DNA of 40,998 bases from Gemmatimonadota bacterium (GTDB lineage Bacteria > Gemmatimonadota > Gemmatimonadetes > Palauibacterales > Palauibacteraceae). Both the position numbers and the translations under genes were made by a program. The stretch is taken from assembly GCA_046758745.1 (NCBI GenBank), contig JBHIAV010000027.1:1-40998 (forward strand). Direction: 5' to 3'. The notes beneath the pieces were generated by a model. That model was given only the letters and a program-made list of their open reading frames with translations, was not told the DNA's origin and ran no database searches. Positions 38,365-40,998 of this stretch are shown piece by piece (the first letter of the stretch is position 1; every line of letters begins with the position of its first letter).

Positions 38365-40284
38365 CTAGCTCCTCGGATCGGTGACGGGTCTCCATGTCGG
38401 CCCGTAGGCGACCGCCCCGGTGGACTCCGCCCGTTCTTCCCGTCTCGCGCCCGGAGGCGGAGACAGCGTGGTCCTGCGCGACTCGCGTGCCCGCCTCGGT
38501 AACACGATCACGAAGGTCGCCCCCCTACCCGGGGTGGAGCTGACGAGGAGCGCACCGCCGTGCGCCTGAACGGCGCGGTACGCGATCGACAGCCCGAGCC
38601 CGCTTCCTCCCTCCCTCCGAGTGTAGAACGGATCGAAGATGCGCGGGAGGTCGTCGGGCGAGATCCCGGGCCCGTCGTCGATCACCCGGATGCGCACCGG
38701 GTGCCCATACGACGGATCCGGAAGCATGAGCGAGGGCTGCAGGGAGTCCGCCACAACCTGGACGTGGACAGCCCCCGACTCCGCCCCCATCTGCACGGCG
38801 TTGAGCACGAGGTTGAACAGGGTCCTGTGAAGGAGCTCGGGATCCCCCCACAGATCGGTCATCCCCTCCTCCACGTCGACCGTCACACTGGCCGCCTCGG
38901 CCGCGGGGTGCTGCTTCACGACGTCCACCACCTCGGCGACCAGCTGCGCCAGATCGATCGGTACCCGCTCGGTGACATCGACGCGGGCGAAGTCTCCGAA
39001 CTCGCGGAGCACCCGATTGAGCCGGTCGCTCTCGCGGACGATCAGCTGGCCCAGCATCCGGTCGTCCGCGTCGGCCGCCTCGCGCCTGCAGAGCTGCTCG
39101 ACGGCGCTCCGAATCGAAGCGAGCGGGTTCTTCAGCTCATGGGCGAGCGAGGCCGAAAGCTCCGCTACGGCCTCCAGGCGACCGGTGCGGAGGCGCATCT
39201 CCTCGAGCTGGCGGACCATCCGGAGGTCCTGCAGGTGGAGGGTGAGGCTCGGCGGGGCATCGGGTCTGATGAGGAGGGTGGTGCTCACCCCGACCGGCGT
39301 TCCGACGGGGACCGGCGCCGCCGAGCGGGGTGTCTCGTCCGGTTGCGAGTGCGCCTTCGCCTCCCGCCCGGGGAGGCGGGCATCCGTCACGGCGTCCCTC
39401 CGGGAGCCTCCGGACAGCGGAGCCGGGACGGCGTCCGGATACACTTCCGTCTCGTAGTCCTTGATGTTGGCTCCGGAGGCGAGCGTCTGCCGGATCACGT
39501 ACGCCACGCCAGGCGCGCGCCGGTCCAGCTCGGACACGATGTCGCGCCCGAGCCACTCGTCGGTCGTCACCCCGAGAAGATCGGCAGCGGCCGGGTTCAT
39601 GTAGGCCATCGTCCCCTGCGCGTCGAGGGTCACGACGCCGGACGCCATGCTTCGGAGCACGTCCGTCGTGTCGAGGCGGAGGCGTTGCAGCTCCCCCTCC
39701 ACGGAGCGCAGCTCGTGGCCGACCTGCCGGAGGCGGGCCCCGATCATGCTCGTCGCCGAGGCGACGACGGTGAAGATCCCGATCTGAAGCAGAAGAAGAG
39801 GGTTCAGCTCGGCCGGAAACCACACGGCGATGTCCAGCAGATAGGCGACGCCGGTACACAGCGCTACCACGATCGCCGAGCTGAAGGGGAGAATGAGGGC
39901 GTACCCGCTCGCCAGCGCGATGTACAGCAGGGGTGGGAACGGACTCCGGAACCCGCCCGTGATATGGACGATCCCGGTGATGAGCGCGACGTCGATGATC
40001 GCCTGCGAGTAGAGGAAGCCGAGACCGACCGGGCGTGCTCGCAGGTGACTGTACCAGTACGCCACGGGGGTGAACAGAGCGGCGACGGCCAGGCCGGCGA
40101 ACCCCAGCGTCCGGATCTCGGGGACGAGGTCGATCCCCCGGGCGGCCCACACGTCACCGACCAGAACGGCGCTCCCGTACACGGCCACGCAGACGATGAG
40201 GCGCCCCGAGTAGATCCAGTACAGGACTCTGCTCGGGCGCAGGGCCGCCGCGGCTCGGCGGTCGCCTCTCCTGATCAGGACCAC
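38365..40284 (-). CDS. pilS: membrane sensor histidine kinase, PilS-like
   Basis: ~6 N-terminal TMs with TGG.SPF, PAS domain, H-box LAHELKNPL, N-box NLVLNA, DDGPG, GSGLGL. Confidence 0.85.
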   Translation of the reverse strand: MVLIRRGDRRAAAALRPSRVLYWIYSGRLIVCVAVYGSAVLVGDVWAARGIDLVPEIRTLGFAGLAVAALFTPVAYWYSHLRARPVGLGFLYSQAIIDVALITGIVHITGGFRSPFPPLLYIALASGYALILPFSSAIVVALCTGVAYLLDIAVWFPAELNPLLLLQIGIFTVVASATSMIGARLRQVGHELRSVEGELQRLRLDTTDVLRSMASGVVTLDAQGTMAYMNPAAADLLGVTTDEWLGRDIVSELDRRAPGVAYVIRQTLASGANIKDYETEVYPDAVPAPLSGGSRRDAVTDARLPGREAKAHSQPDETPRSAAPVPVGTPVGVSTTLLIRPDAPPSLTLHLQDLRMVRQLEEMRLRTGRLEAVAELSASLAHELKNPLASIRSAVEQLCRREAADADDRMLGQLIVRESDRLNRVLREFGDFARVDVTERVPIDLAQLVAEVVDVVKQHPAAEAASVTVDVEEGMTDLWGDPELLHRTLFNLVLNAVQMGAESGAVHVQVVADSLQPSLMLPDPSYGHPVRIRVIDDGPGISPDDLPRIFDPFYTRREGGSGLGLSIAYRAVQAHGGALLVSSTPGRGATFVIVLPRRARESRRTTLSPPPGARREERAESTGAVAYGPTWRPVTDPRS

Positions 40285-40530
40285 GCGGACCTCAGATGCT
40301 CCTCCCCGCGCGCCGTCCGCCGACGCTGTCGCGCCGGGGTGTTCGGCGTTTCTCCGGCGGACCGTCCGAACCGCTTCCCGGCAATATGCGAGAGCAATGA
40401 AACGAGATGTATTGCAGCATGCAAGAGGACACCGGCCCTTTCGGCGCGGCGCCCGGGTCGCCGTGGCTCGGTCGCTGCGGACGCGTGGCCGTCCGAACCG
40501 CGAATCCGGTGCCGGCCCGCGCCAGCGGGC

Positions 40531-40998
40531 TCAACGCCAGTCGGGCGGCTCGTCGAAGAGGGTGATCGCCGTGATCCGTCCCTCCCGAACCGTGGCCGTG
40601 AGGGTTCGGGCGCGCCCGGTCCCGGACGCGGGCAGCCCCCGCCTCACGAGGGGTGTTTGCACCGTGCCGGCCTCCTCGTCCGGAGCGCATGCAGGCCACA
40701 GACCGAAGGGGGCTGCCGCCTCGCGTAGAGTGCCGCGTCCGTTCTGGAGGGTGGCCGTCCACGAGGTGATCCGACCCTCCGGGCCCGCTCCGCCGCGTAC
40801 GCGAAGAACCACGTCCGTCCATTCGAAGACCAGCCAACGTTCCCGTCCGACCGTGCTGTCGGCGGGGGGCTCGCCGAGCACGCCGGCCCAGCGATCGTGC
40901 TCGACGGGCCGATCGGCAGCGGGCCGCGCTTGCCCCGAACGAGCCTCCAGGGTGTCGAGCAGCTCACCGACCGTGTGCAGCTCACCCAGATTGCTCTC
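40531..40998 (-). CDS. hypothetical protein, 5'-truncated by the window edge
   Basis: The frame of track ORF 40531..40881 stays open to 40998 (ESNLGELHTVGELLDTLEAR…WAGVLGEPP…FDEPPDWR*). Confidence 0.55.
   Translation of the reverse strand, partial: ESNLGELHTVGELLDTLEARSGQARPAADRPVEHDRWAGVLGEPPADSTVGRERWLVFEWTDVVLRVRGGAGPEGRITSWTATLQNGRGTLREAAAPFGLWPACAPDEEAGTVQTPLVRRGLPASGTGRARTLTATVREGRITAITLFDEPPDWR

Overview
High-GC bacterial chromosomal segment. The gene order and pilin types suggest Gemmatimonadota or a related FCB-group lineage (inference, not verified). Left part (+): tRNA-Leu(TAG), tig-clpP-clpX-engB and a lipoprotein. Middle (-): a tightly coupled housekeeping run aroC-aroK-topA-trmFO-xerC-hslV-hslU-argF-gcvT-mog/moaB, ending in a sigma54 activator with a degenerate receiver. 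Right (-): a ~21 kb type IVa pilus locus with pilS-pilR, a Geobacter-like major pilin, a ~9.3 kb six-gene cassette (four GT-C-type membrane glycosyltransferases, a GtrB/CsbB-like GT2 and a SAM methyltransferase), a second paralogous pilin, four minor pilins and pilMNOPQ. The most notable candidate system is this putative lipid-donor pilin glycosylation/methylation cassette, bracketed by two paralogous pilins with near-identical sigma54 promoters. No mobile elements or CRISPR arrays were seen. All calls come from reading motifs; no database searches were run.
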